A stretch of DNA of 50,100 bases from a virus (Duplodnaviria > Caudoviricetes): positions 1 through 50,100 of the IMG/VR virus record IMGVR_UViG_3300025889_000174. One strand, written 5' to 3'. The notes beneath the pieces are model-generated. The model made no database searches, was not told the origin of the DNA, and worked only from the letters and a program-made list of their open reading frames with translations. Shown here piece after piece: positions 25,542-34,642 of the stretch. How positions within the stretch are numbered: position 1 is the stretch's first letter; each line of letters opens with the position of its first letter. The position numbers and the translations under genes are program-made.

Positions 25542-28084
25542 TATTTTAATTCACTAAGTTTCATGTAAATGTTCAGTTTTTGTATTGTAATTTCTTCTGC
25601 AAAAAGACAATCTTGCTTCGCTTGGCCACGAACGACCAAAATGTCGCCCTTTTCTGGCAGTCTGCCGTTTCTCTCTTCACACATTTCAATTTTATTGCCG
25701 TTCTCGAAGATTTTGGTTTTCAGTTCGCTCTTCTCGTCCTCAAGGACAATATCAATATAAACATTGCCATTCTTGGAGGTTCTTTTTGTTACACTTTTCG
25801 CAGTGCCGACAACAAGGACTTTTTGATTGATATGATTGTTAATTTCTTCTAGGCCGACAAAGTTTAATTGATTATTGAATATATCTTTAAGTCTATTTTT
25901 GCAAGAAAACCCCAGTAATTTCTTTTCATACCACCAATTTGCAAACTTTTCATTGACTTTATTGAGATCATAAATGTTTTTGTATGGTTCAATATGTTTG
26001 CGAATGGTTTCCATTCGACTCTCTTTAATATAAGGTTTTTCATTTTCATCATTGTTATCCCGCATATATCTAATTATTTCAAATAGATCGTTGTTAAACC
26101 TTGGTGAAAGTTGAATGGCGAATTTCTTTTCTCTATCTGTCAGTTTATTCCAAATTTGCGCCTCGTAAACCATTCTAGTGCGAGAACCTTGGAAGCCTGT
26201 TAAAGCCCCAGCCTGAATAAGAGGACACAATACACTCATTGGCACGCCAGCCTCTTTTGCATTCTGAAAGACTTGCATTTTATTGTCGTATTCACTCTTA
26301 AAAAGGCCGAGTTTTTGTATTGATTTGGTATTAATGCCTTTAATATCAGTTAGGCCGTATCTAATATCATTACCTTCTATGGAGAAGTCCATCTCTGATT
26401 TAATAATATCTGGCGGCAGCAACTTAATACCAAAATGCTCCATTTCTTTTTCAATGACAGAAATATGTTCCATTGGGTCTTGCTCATGGACTGTCATTTT
26501 AAGTAGCGAATGAAAGAATTCTTTTGGATGCTTAAACTTTAGGTAAACCGTTATAGCTGAAAGAGTTGCATAAGCAAGTGCGTGACTTTTATTGAAAGAA
26601 TAATTTGCAGAGGCCTCCATAATACTCCACAAATTGTCAGCGACACTTACTTCTAAGCCCTGTTCTTTGATTTTATTATAAATTTTTTCCTTCCACTCCC
26701 CAACCTTTTTGACAAGTTTTTTGCCAACAACTTTTCTAGCATGATTAGCTTCATTAAGGGTAAATCCAACTTTATGGAGCATTCTCATTAATTGCTCCTG
26801 ATAGAGACAAAATGATCCTGTTTCCCCTAGAATGTCATCGAAATAAGGTTCTGGGCTTTCCGATTCGCCAGTGTTGGTGTATTTTGAATAGCCCTCTAGG
26901 AACTGAAGAGCCCCTGGGCGACAGATTGCAAGAACTGCGCTCAATTCATTAATATTTTTTGGCTTAACAGACCGACAACCATTGTAAGCAGCAAAGGCCT
27001 CTAATTGAAAAATGCCATATGGATATTTAAAGTCTTGTAGTTGCTGGTAGATGAAATTATCATTTACGTTAATGTCATTAAAATTGATCCCTACCTTTTT
27101 GCATGTTTCATCGACTACCGACAAAGTCTTCAGGCCTAGAACATCTAATTTAATTGCAATATTCCCACTCCAACCCATGTCAAAAGAACTGACAATAGTT
27201 TTGTCTTTCCCTGAAGTTAATTCCATTGGAAAATTGTCTTCAGATTTGCCAAATGGTATCAGCATTCCTGAAGCATGAACAGCTCTATTTCTAATTAATC
27301 CCCTCAATTTACAAGCAATTTCAAAAATCTCCTTATTTTCATCAGCCCATTCTCTAAACTTCTCCTCATTTTCATACGCTTCTTCGAGATCCATGACCTT
27401 ACCATATTCAACCGGCAATAATGAACTTATGACATTCATTTGGTCTTCAGAATATTCTGCTATTGTTTTCCCGCAGTCTTTTGTAAGCTGCTTTCCAGCA
27501 AATGTATTTAGATTGAGAATTTTTACAGCATCATATTTTTCTTGAAGGTATTCTAGTAACCTTGGCCTCTTGTAATAATCAAAATCAAGGTCAATATCAG
27601 GAAGAGTTCCTCCATCAAAATATTTTTCACCATCAATGATTTCAAATTCAACACGGTCAGTAGATAAGAATCTTTCAAAAATGAGATTATTCTCGATTGG
27701 GTCAACGCCAGTAATACCACATAAAAACAAAATAGTGGAACCTGCGGCGCTTCCACGTCCTAGCCCAATTGCAATATCTTGCTTTTTACAGTAATCCACA
27801 ACCTCCCAAACGAGCAAAAAATAATCAATAAAACCTAAATCACTAATAACTTTCAGTTCATACCTCGCCTGATCAATATACTTTTGTTTGTCACTCTCCT
27901 TGATGGCTCCGGCGGCCAATTTTTCTTTCAGCCCCTCGGAACACAACTTCTTAAAAAAAGCATAATTTTGCTCTTCAGAACCGTCAGTCGCGCCATATTT
28001 TGATTTTGATATTTTAAACTTGGGGAGGCGAACGCCCTTGTTTTTTAGTTTATTTGGCTTTAAGGTTTGTAGGTAACTATTCAT
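25541..28084 (-). CDS. dnaE: DNA polymerase III alpha subunit lacking the N-terminal PHP domain
   Basis: GRGSAAGS, FERFL, PDIDLDF, HASG, KLDVLGL, YSFNKSHALAY and a C-terminal OB fold. Confidence 0.95.
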   Translation of the reverse strand: MNSYLQTLKPNKLKNKGVRLPKFKISKSKYGATDGSEEQNYAFFKKLCSEGLKEKLAAGAIKESDKQKYIDQARYELKVISDLGFIDYFLLVWEVVDYCKKQDIAIGLGRGSAAGSTILFLCGITGVDPIENNLIFERFLSTDRVEFEIIDGEKYFDGGTLPDIDLDFDYYKRPRLLEYLQEKYDAVKILNLNTFAGKQLTKDCGKTIAEYSEDQMNVISSLLPVEYGKVMDLEEAYENEEKFREWADENKEIFEIACKLRGLIRNRAVHASGMLIPFGKSEDNFPMELTSGKDKTIVSSFDMGWSGNIAIKLDVLGLKTLSVVDETCKKVGINFNDINVNDNFIYQQLQDFKYPYGIFQLEAFAAYNGCRSVKPKNINELSAVLAICRPGALQFLEGYSKYTNTGESESPEPYFDDILGETGSFCLYQEQLMRMLHKVGFTLNEANHARKVVGKKLVKKVGEWKEKIYNKIKEQGLEVSVADNLWSIMEASANYSFNKSHALAYATLSAITVYLKFKHPKEFFHSLLKMTVHEQDPMEHISVIEKEMEHFGIKLLPPDIIKSEMDFSIEGNDIRYGLTDIKGINTKSIQKLGLFKSEYDNKMQVFQNAKEAGVPMSVLCPLIQAGALTGFQGSRTRMVYEAQIWNKLTDREKKFAIQLSPRFNNDLFEIIRYMRDNNDENEKPYIKESRMETIRKHIEPYKNIYDLNKVNEKFANWWYEKKLLGFSCKNRLKDIFNNQLNFVGLEEINNHINQKVLVVGTAKSVTKRTSKNGNVYIDIVLEDEKSELKTKIFENGNKIEMCEERNGRLPEKGDILVVRGQAKQDCLFAEEITIQKLNIYMKLSELK

Positions 28085-28091
28085 ACTTCTT

Positions 28092-28457
28092 TTATTTGCT
28101 ATATTTTGACATCAACTTATCAAGTTCGTCAAATAAAATTTTCAATTCTCTTTCAGATTTTGCGGCACCATCGAATTTTCCTTCATTCCTATATTTATTT
28201 AGCCAAAACTCTGCATTTCTAATTTCTGTTTTCAGTTCTTTGATTCGATTTTTATCTAAATGTTCCTTTCCTGTTATTACAAGGTCGCCCAAGACGACTT
28301 CATAAATAGAATGGCGTTTTCCAGATTCGCCGCAGATGGTAGTGATATAGGCTTTTGCAGGGCCAACTTTAGAATATATGTTGCTTGTTGGCTTGCCTTT
28401 TTTATTTACTACGATATAGCCGACAGCATCTTTTTGTTCATTGTTCTCACCTTTCAT
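28092..28457 (-). CDS. Hypothetical protein (121 aa)
   Basis: Packed in the operon with an ATGA overlap. Confidence 0.75.
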   Translation of the reverse strand: MKGENNEQKDAVGYIVVNKKGKPTSNIYSKVGPAKAYITTICGESGKRHSIYEVVLGDLVITGKEHLDKNRIKELKTEIRNAEFWLNKYRNEGKFDGAAKSERELKILFDELDKLMSKYSK

Positions 28458-28645
28458 TCGCTTTCCTTTTCACTTAATTCACAATTAATATATTCACTAA
28501 CCGATTTTGGATGGAATCCATAAGCAACGGACGCTTGATAAAATAATTCTGCCAATCTATTCATACAAATATCGTCATAAAAAACTTCAATTTCTACTCT
28601 TTGTCCGTATTCGTCTTTGGTTGTGGGTTCTAATATTATTTTCAT
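28454..28645 (-). CDS. Hypothetical protein (63 aa)
   Basis: Packed in the operon. Confidence 0.7.
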   Translation of the reverse strand: MKIILEPTTKDEYGQRVEIEVFYDDICMNRLAELFYQASVAYGFHPKSVSEYINCELSEKESE

Positions 28646-28663
28646 ATTTTGTTGCTGTTTTTT

Positions 28664-28885
28664 TTAGAATTTTAATGTTAATTGATTTTCATCTTCACTA
28701 TCCTTTTCATAACACTTACAGTTTGGGCAGATTGATGTTGCGAACGTTTCCACATCATATCTGGCCGTCCAATATATGTGAGGAGGAGTTTGAATGTTGG
28801 GATTCCAAGTGCAATATGGATATGCTATATCACTAGCATGTCTGTTTGCGTTAAATTTACAAGTTTTAAATTTTGATTTTTTCAT
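28664..28885 (-). CDS. Small Cys-containing hypothetical protein
   Basis: TCKF...C...CPNC.CY. Confidence 0.65.
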   Translation of the reverse strand: MKKSKFKTCKFNANRHASDIAYPYCTWNPNIQTPPHIYWTARYDVETFATSICPNCKCYEKDSEDENQLTLKF

Positions 28886-28897
28886 AATAGGTTATTT

Positions 28898-29272
28898 TTA
28901 TCTCCAAAGTCTATAACTATCTTCATCCCTGTGAAAGGTTGAAGTTTCAATTATTGTTGTGTCTTCCAATGCTTCCAGTTGGTGCGCCACTAACCGATCT
29001 ATAAAAAAGCATTCCCCTTCATTAAGGACGGTTTGAACTGTTTGTGGCGAACTTTGTTGCATTTGGTGTATTCTTAAAATACATTTACCACTTTGAATAA
29101 AAAATTGCTCAACCTTCTTGTCGTGGAAATGTTGTGAGAATTTACTTCCCTTTTTAATGAATAGTATTTTGCTGCAAATATCCAGCTCTTCATCATTAAA
29201 TAGCCATTTTTCATAACCCCATTCCTTTTCTACATATTTGGGGACACTTTTTAATTGATCTAAATTATTCAT
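28898..29272 (-). CDS. Cupin-domain protein (sugar isomerase-like)
   Basis: V.K.WGYE.W, S.HFH..K.E.F, H.LEA, IE.ST...EDSYR. Confidence 0.85.
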   Translation of the reverse strand: MNNLDQLKSVPKYVEKEWGYEKWLFNDEELDICSKILFIKKGSKFSQHFHDKKVEQFFIQSGKCILRIHQMQQSSPQTVQTVLNEGECFFIDRLVAHQLEALEDTTIIETSTFHRDEDSYRLWR

Positions 29273-29283
29273 AGTCGATTTTA

Positions 29284-29502
29284 TTATTTTAGCTCCTGTT
29301 CATAAACACAAACAATATGATCTTCATCGTTATATTCATCACTATCTACCCAACCGATGCCTGTATCTGACAATTTTTCTGGCCGCTCCCCAAAGTGTTT
29401 TTCAATTGCTTTAACAGCGTCTTCTCGGCTTTTAAATGTTTCGCCATCTAAAAAACCATTTCCATCACATCTAGTTTCATGATTAATTGTATATATTTTC
29501 AT
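29284..29502 (-). CDS. Hypothetical protein
   Basis: ATG 29502 preferred over TTG 29523. Confidence 0.7.
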   Translation of the reverse strand: MKIYTINHETRCDGNGFLDGETFKSREDAVKAIEKHFGERPEKLSDTGIGWVDSDEYNDEDHIVCVYEQELK

Positions 29503-29512
29503 ATTTTTGTTA

Positions 29513-30154
29513 TTAAATTTCAATGTTCCATATCATGGATTCAAAAACCTTCTTATTTAGCCGGATATCTTCTAAGGCATTGTGTAACAACGACTTATCA
29601 AAGTCGATGTCAAAGTCTTTAGCCATTTGCGCTAGATTTGTTTTTACCCCCCTCTCATGATAAGTTGACAATGCAATTTGCCATGTCAAAAAATCATCAT
29701 TTTGAATATCGAAAGGAATCCCACTTTTAATTGCTTGGGCTAAACATTTAGTATCTATGCACTTTGGCAGAAGTGGCTTCCAATCTTTGTTATATTTTAG
29801 ATACCACTCTTTGGCTAATGGAATGTCAAAATTGAGAATATTATGACCAATTATATGGTCTGCCCAATTAAACCAATCGAGCATAACTTCAAAAACTTCA
29901 TTTTCTGGCAAAGCCCTCTTATCATAATCCTTTTGATCAAACCCTGTAATTCTAGCGGCGTCCTTGCTTACATTGATTGGCTTTTCCCATTTAACATAAA
30001 GGTCTTTGAACTCAACCTCCTCTTTATCTTGACATTTTAACATACCGAGTTGCCAAGGTCGATTCCCGCAATCAAAATTCAGAGTCAAAGACTCGGTCTC
30101 AAAGTCAAAAAAGACCAATTTAAGTCCTTTCTTATATCGTAAAAGTTGCTTCAT
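29513..30154 (-). CDS. DEDDh 3'-5' exonuclease (Pol III epsilon-like)
   Basis: FFDFETE, GHNILNFD, IDT, LHNALED. Confidence 0.9.
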   Translation of the reverse strand: MKQLLRYKKGLKLVFFDFETESLTLNFDCGNRPWQLGMLKCQDKEEVEFKDLYVKWEKPINVSKDAARITGFDQKDYDKRALPENEVFEVMLDWFNWADHIIGHNILNFDIPLAKEWYLKYNKDWKPLLPKCIDTKCLAQAIKSGIPFDIQNDDFLTWQIALSTYHERGVKTNLAQMAKDFDIDFDKSLLHNALEDIRLNKKVFESMIWNIEI

Positions 30155-30163
30155 GATTCTTTA

Positions 30164-30913
30164 TTATTTTAAACATTCGGCGCAAAATTCATTACTTGTC
30201 ATCCAGTCAATATTCGGCTTATTCAATTTAACCTTCTCATAGATACATCTGTTTGTCAAGTATGTTTTAAAATCGCTCTTCTTCTTATAATACATTGAAT
30301 GCGCTTCATAATTAAGATAACCGTTGTCGCCGCAATAATCAAGTATTTTGTTCTTTAAAATATCATCATAAATGATATTATGATCTTCAATAAAGAAAAT
30401 TGGCGCGCAAAAATCAAAATCTACAAAAATACTTTTCAATTTAAAAATATTTTGAAAAAGAAAGGAATCGTAAAACGGCACAATAAAATCAAAGTGTTTG
30501 TTGTTCCATAGCTCCCGAAGGGATTTAAAATCGATTCTCGGTTCATAATAAAAGCCTTCAGTGCTCGCTTTGGAACTTATTTTAATTAAATTTTTATAAC
30601 CGTCAATGTCTTTGAGAATTATATTGCACTTCCAATTTGAATTACGACTTTCTTTACTCTTATCATTAATATCATCGCAAACTGTTAATCTCAAGCCGAA
30701 ATTAAAGTTAATATTTGATTTTTCAAAAACCTTGCTTGATTCGAGGATGCTGCCGATGTGGTCTTCTATTAGTAGGCAATTATCTATTTTATACTCTTTG
30801 CAAATATCAATTATTGAATCTGCTTCAGTTGGTTTGCTAACACCTTCTTCTTTAAGGGTAAGTATTGAGCGGCCAATTGAATAATGGCTTTTAAAAATTG
30901 GGATTTTGTTCAT
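30164..30913 (-). CDS. Stand-alone PHP domain of DNA polymerase III alpha
   Basis: SHYSIG.S, GYKNLIKISSKA...GFYYEPRID match the DnaE N-terminus. Confidence 0.85.
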   Translation of the reverse strand: MNKIPIFKSHYSIGRSILTLKEEGVSKPTEADSIIDICKEYKIDNCLLIEDHIGSILESSKVFEKSNINFNFGLRLTVCDDINDKSKESRNSNWKCNIILKDIDGYKNLIKISSKASTEGFYYEPRIDFKSLRELWNNKHFDFIVPFYDSFLFQNIFKLKSIFVDFDFCAPIFFIEDHNIIYDDILKNKILDYCGDNGYLNYEAHSMYYKKKSDFKTYLTNRCIYEKVKLNKPNIDWMTSNEFCAECLK

Positions 30914-30917
30914 ATTT

Positions 30918-31454
30918 TTATAATTTGTATTTTCCTTCTTTATATAAACTCAGCGGGTGCAATTTATTTAATTTAATATAATAGGAACTAACTTCCCATT
31001 TCCATTTTCCGTCTTTACTCCCAGCTTTTGCATATCTTGAGTGTTCTTTAAAATCATCCTTGCTTATTATTCCCGTTATCCAAACTACGCTCATGTCTCT
31101 ACTTATTCGTGCAAAAACGTATCCATGACAATCTTGCATTTTAACCTGATAGGCGGGGATACTCGCATTCCAATATGGTTGGGGCTCTTTGTCTGAATTG
31201 GGTTTACTTTTTACATCCAAGCAATCACCGTTATAAATAATGTCATAATCTCTTGTGCCTTTTATTTCCGCCTCTTTCCCTAAACACTCACTTACTATAA
31301 CCTCACAAATGATAGATTGCAAGAGAAAATTGCCATTTCTGTAGCTTTTATTGTTGTAGCCGTTTTCTCTGACATCTTTCGGCAGTTTATTGTATATTTT
31401 TTTGGCGGCTTTTAAGTGACTGTCTGTCACGGTTATTTTTAAGATGTTATTCAT
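30918..31454 (-). CDS. Hypothetical protein, possible PD-(D/E)XK restriction-endonuclease fold
   Basis: E...YDII...LDVKSK pattern. Confidence 0.55.
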   Translation of the reverse strand: MNNILKITVTDSHLKAAKKIYNKLPKDVRENGYNNKSYRNGNFLLQSIICEVIVSECLGKEAEIKGTRDYDIIYNGDCLDVKSKPNSDKEPQPYWNASIPAYQVKMQDCHGYVFARISRDMSVVWITGIISKDDFKEHSRYAKAGSKDGKWKWEVSSYYIKLNKLHPLSLYKEGKYKL

Positions 31455-31456
31455 AA

Positions 31457-32584
31457 TTATTTAACTTTTTGCCATATAAAGATCGGCTCACAAAAAACCC
31501 CTTTGTTATCTGATTTGCTATTCGGTCGCTTTGACATTTTATACCCAATTGTTTCAATATATTCTCCCCCTAAAACCTCTTTAATATATTTGTTGGCAGG
31601 ATTACACAAATCATTAATACGATGGTGCATATAAACATTTGATATATTAAGTGCTAAATGCCCCCCAACCTTCAATGCTTTCCAAGAATTTTTTAAATAT
31701 ACATATAGAAACTTTTCAATCCAATCATCAAGTTTTTTATATCTGTGGCAACTTTGCGAAGAGTCTGCTGAATATTTTTCAACGAGAAAATAAGGGCAAC
31801 TTGAAAACATCAGGCAAAAATAATTCTCATATTGCAACTTTAAATCTTCGAAAGCCGCTACATGATGTTCATATTTTTTTGCAGTTTTAGCATTATTTCC
31901 AACTATGTCTAGGTAAGTTTGATATTGAGAATTGTATCCATTTATTAAATTTGTGTTTGGATCGACTCCGCAGTAATGTTGTGGCCCCTCTGATGCCATA
32001 AAACCACAGAGGCGATCCGCCCAACCACTAGACGAATCAAGGATATTTTTTGCTCCAAAATATTCATAAATTGCCTTGGCTGCGGAAGGGCGGAATTGGG
32101 CCGCAATATATTTTCTTAACGCAATGCAGCTTCTAAGCGTTTGATTATTAATTTCCTTGGTTTTTTGGGTCCATAAACCATTAAGTAAAGTTAACCTAAA
32201 TTTTTCAGTATTCCACGTTCTCTCTGGACTTGGGGCATTTATGCTATCTGCTTTCCACCTATTTTTTTGTTGGAAATAATTTGAAAATTGATTGCCAATT
32301 TTATTAATTTCAATATATTTATCTGAAGACAAATAATCGCATGGATACCTCGTAAACCACTCTCCTTCACACATCAAAGATTGGCTATCTAATTCAACCA
32401 ATTTATTAAAATCATTAATAGCATCCTGATAAGTTATCTTCTGCATTGGTAAGGGCAAATCTTTTATAATGTCAGAAATTGCCTGTTTAACTACATCCTT
32501 TTCATAATTTTCCTTAATATAGCTCCAGTTTTCTTTGTCGATAACCAATTCATCATTTTTTACAAAACCGCTTAAATCTAACAT
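31457..32584 (-). CDS. SAM-dependent amino-DNA methyltransferase-like protein
   Basis: QFRPS.AK, ILDSSSGWADRL, GVDPN, FSSCPYF..EKY; ATG 32584 preferred, 32623 possible. Confidence 0.75.
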   Translation of the reverse strand: MLDLSGFVKNDELVIDKENWSYIKENYEKDVVKQAISDIIKDLPLPMQKITYQDAINDFNKLVELDSQSLMCEGEWFTRYPCDYLSSDKYIEINKIGNQFSNYFQQKNRWKADSINAPSPERTWNTEKFRLTLLNGLWTQKTKEINNQTLRSCIALRKYIAAQFRPSAAKAIYEYFGAKNILDSSSGWADRLCGFMASEGPQHYCGVDPNTNLINGYNSQYQTYLDIVGNNAKTAKKYEHHVAAFEDLKLQYENYFCLMFSSCPYFLVEKYSADSSQSCHRYKKLDDWIEKFLYVYLKNSWKALKVGGHLALNISNVYMHHRINDLCNPANKYIKEVLGGEYIETIGYKMSKRPNSKSDNKGVFCEPIFIWQKVK

Positions 32585-32591
32585 ATTATTT

Positions 32592-33584
32592 TTATTTTTT
32601 ATTGAAAGCTGGGCAGCCAGCATAATGTTTTTCTATGATAATTTCGCCGTCTTTGGCCACCAAGTCATCTTTTTCAAAAGCAGTTCTTTTAACTTCCCCA
32701 TCTTTATTTATAACTGCATAATAATCATAAGGAAACTTTTGGGGACAATGCCACATCAATTCACCATTTTTCTTTAGTTGGCCCTTTTGGGTGGCGCGGC
32801 CACACTTAATAAGTCCACAAAAGCCCTTTTCCTTTTTGGGAAATCCTTTGTCGGCGGCCATATTGGAAAGAGCTTCCTTTTCTGTAAAATTATTAATCTT
32901 GTAATAGAGATAAGATAAATAAAATTCCAATCCTTTCAACTCCTCATCTGTATATTCTGTTTCTACCTTTGGGTCTTCTGGGTGTCTTAAAAATAAAAAT
33001 TCACCTAAAACTCGATCAAAGCCCTCTATTTTTTTGCCATAAAGAGAATATGCCATTGCTTGAATATTGGCATAAATTTCTTCTCCCTCAAATTTCTTTT
33101 TGCTTGTTTTATAGTCGAAAATTCCCAATTTGTTATTTGGGTATCGGGCCATCTTGTCGATAATTCCCTTTAATTTATATTTTGGATTTTCATTGTCGAT
33201 AAGAAACTCAAATTCTGATTTAAAAAGTTCTCCACCCTCGCAGAAGAAATCATTGTCCAAGGCTACAAGAAGCATCTCTTCCATCATGTCAAAATTTTCT
33301 TCAAAATCCAATTTTTCTTTTACCGCAAGCCTCTTTAATAATCTGTAAACAGGCTTGCTATGACCAATCGATTGATTTTCAACAATAACATCAAAATGCT
33401 TTTTATGCCGCTTGTTAAGTAGACACTCTAGCACAATATGGCAGCAAGAGCCTCTTTTTGCCCCGTCATTGCTCTTATCAGGCAGTTTTAGGTGATAGTT
33501 ACACCAATAGTCCCAACTACATACTTCAAGTGTTTTAATGCGTGATGGGGACAAAATTCTTTCTTTTTTATTTTTTTCTGTCAT
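32592..33584 (-). CDS. PD-(D/E)XK exonuclease, Cas4/RecB/AddB-like
   Basis: LSPSRI...C, GIIDK, IFDYKTSK, Q..AY and C-terminal cysteines; ATG 33584 preferred, 33605 possible. Confidence 0.85.
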   Translation of the reverse strand: MTEKNKKERILSPSRIKTLEVCSWDYWCNYHLKLPDKSNDGAKRGSCCHIVLECLLNKRHKKHFDVIVENQSIGHSKPVYRLLKRLAVKEKLDFEENFDMMEEMLLVALDNDFFCEGGELFKSEFEFLIDNENPKYKLKGIIDKMARYPNNKLGIFDYKTSKKKFEGEEIYANIQAMAYSLYGKKIEGFDRVLGEFLFLRHPEDPKVETEYTDEELKGLEFYLSYLYYKINNFTEKEALSNMAADKGFPKKEKGFCGLIKCGRATQKGQLKKNGELMWHCPQKFPYDYYAVINKDGEVKRTAFEKDDLVAKDGEIIIEKHYAGCPAFNKK

Positions 33585-33585
33585 A

Positions 33586-33756
33586 TTATTGTTTTTCCAT
33601 TTCAATGTATTCTATTTCTTGCCTGTCGGCAAGGGCGATTAAATTTTTCTCCCCGCAGAAGATGCAGGAGGTTTTATTCTCCAACTCCATTTCACAATTC
33701 AAGCAATAAAGAATATAACTATTTATTGCCAAAAAGTCAAGGAATTCTTGTGCCAT
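33586..33756 (-). CDS. Small zinc-ribbon hypothetical protein, start uncertain
   Basis: CLNC...CIFC; fills the gap between primase and nuclease. Confidence 0.45.
   Translation of the reverse strand: MAQEFLDFLAINSYILYCLNCEMELENKTSCIFCGEKNLIALADRQEIEYIEMEKQ
33712..33740 (-). promoter_or_regulatory. Internal sigma70-like promoter
   Basis: TTGACT-17-TATATT overlapping the primase 3' end. Confidence 0.5.
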
Positions 33757-34631
33757 TTTTTGATTTCTGGCTTCGTCATGTCGCCAAAATCGTTCTTCTC
33801 CGTTGGTAAGCATATGTTTACAGTTTTTTGATCAAAATAATTATGTAGATTATTCTTAGCTTTGGCTGCCCCTATCAATCCATTACATCTATCATCATTG
33901 TTAAAAGCAATTGTAATATTCTTCAACTTCCTAGAAAGTAATATTTTGAGGACGCCACTTTGGACATTTAACCCAAAACAAACTAAAACATTATAAATTT
34001 CACATGAAAAAAGTGCCAGCATATCACCAATACTCTCAACAAGTATTATACTTTCAGCACCAATTAATCTTTTTTTAATAAAGTAATAAGGATAATCCCA
34101 CTCTGAAACATTGCCCAAATGCTTCCATTTTGGAATATTGTATTTTTCTATTGTTTGTTTTTTGTGCAATGATCTCCCAGAGTAACCCACCACAGAGCCG
34201 TAATAATTATAAATGGGAAAAACATATCTTTTGCGAAACTTTCCGTCGTATGTAAACACTCCGCTTTTCAACTTTCTTAAATGCTCTTCTTTCGCCCCCC
34301 TCTTTTTCCAATAACTATAATCATTGTTTAGATATTTCCATATCATTTTATCTGATGGAGATAGGTGCTTTTCTTCAAGTCTTTCTACGTTTTCTTTTTT
34401 GAATTTTCCAAAATAAACATCTTGGCCATTTGTCAATTTAACCAATTGCTCCAAATTTCCACTTTGTTCAGAGCCGAAGTCTTTCCAATATCCAGTTGCT
34501 TTGTGGATGGATAATGAGGTGATGTTTTTGGAATTTCTATAAAGGGGTTTTGTCCTATAATAATCCCCGCAATTTACAAGATTAGTATAGCCAATTTCAT
34601 TTAATATGTCTTTGATATTTAATTCTGACAT
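33723..34631 (-). CDS. DNA primase (Toprim)
   Basis: RYVFPI...VGYSGR, KWKH, LVESIGD, FNNDD, DFGDM; directly downstream of DnaB. Confidence 0.88.
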   Translation of the reverse strand: MSELNIKDILNEIGYTNLVNCGDYYRTKPLYRNSKNITSLSIHKATGYWKDFGSEQSGNLEQLVKLTNGQDVYFGKFKKENVERLEEKHLSPSDKMIWKYLNNDYSYWKKRGAKEEHLRKLKSGVFTYDGKFRKRYVFPIYNYYGSVVGYSGRSLHKKQTIEKYNIPKWKHLGNVSEWDYPYYFIKKRLIGAESIILVESIGDMLALFSCEIYNVLVCFGLNVQSGVLKILLSRKLKNITIAFNNDDRCNGLIGAAKAKNNLHNYFDQKTVNICLPTEKNDFGDMTKPEIKKWHKNSLTFWQ

Positions 34632-34642
34632 ATTGTGTTTTT

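Noticed and set aside
32592-33605. Cas4-like nuclease as evidence of CRISPR-Cas
   Set aside because: No repeat-spacer array or other cas genes; solo Cas4-like nucleases are common in phage replication modules
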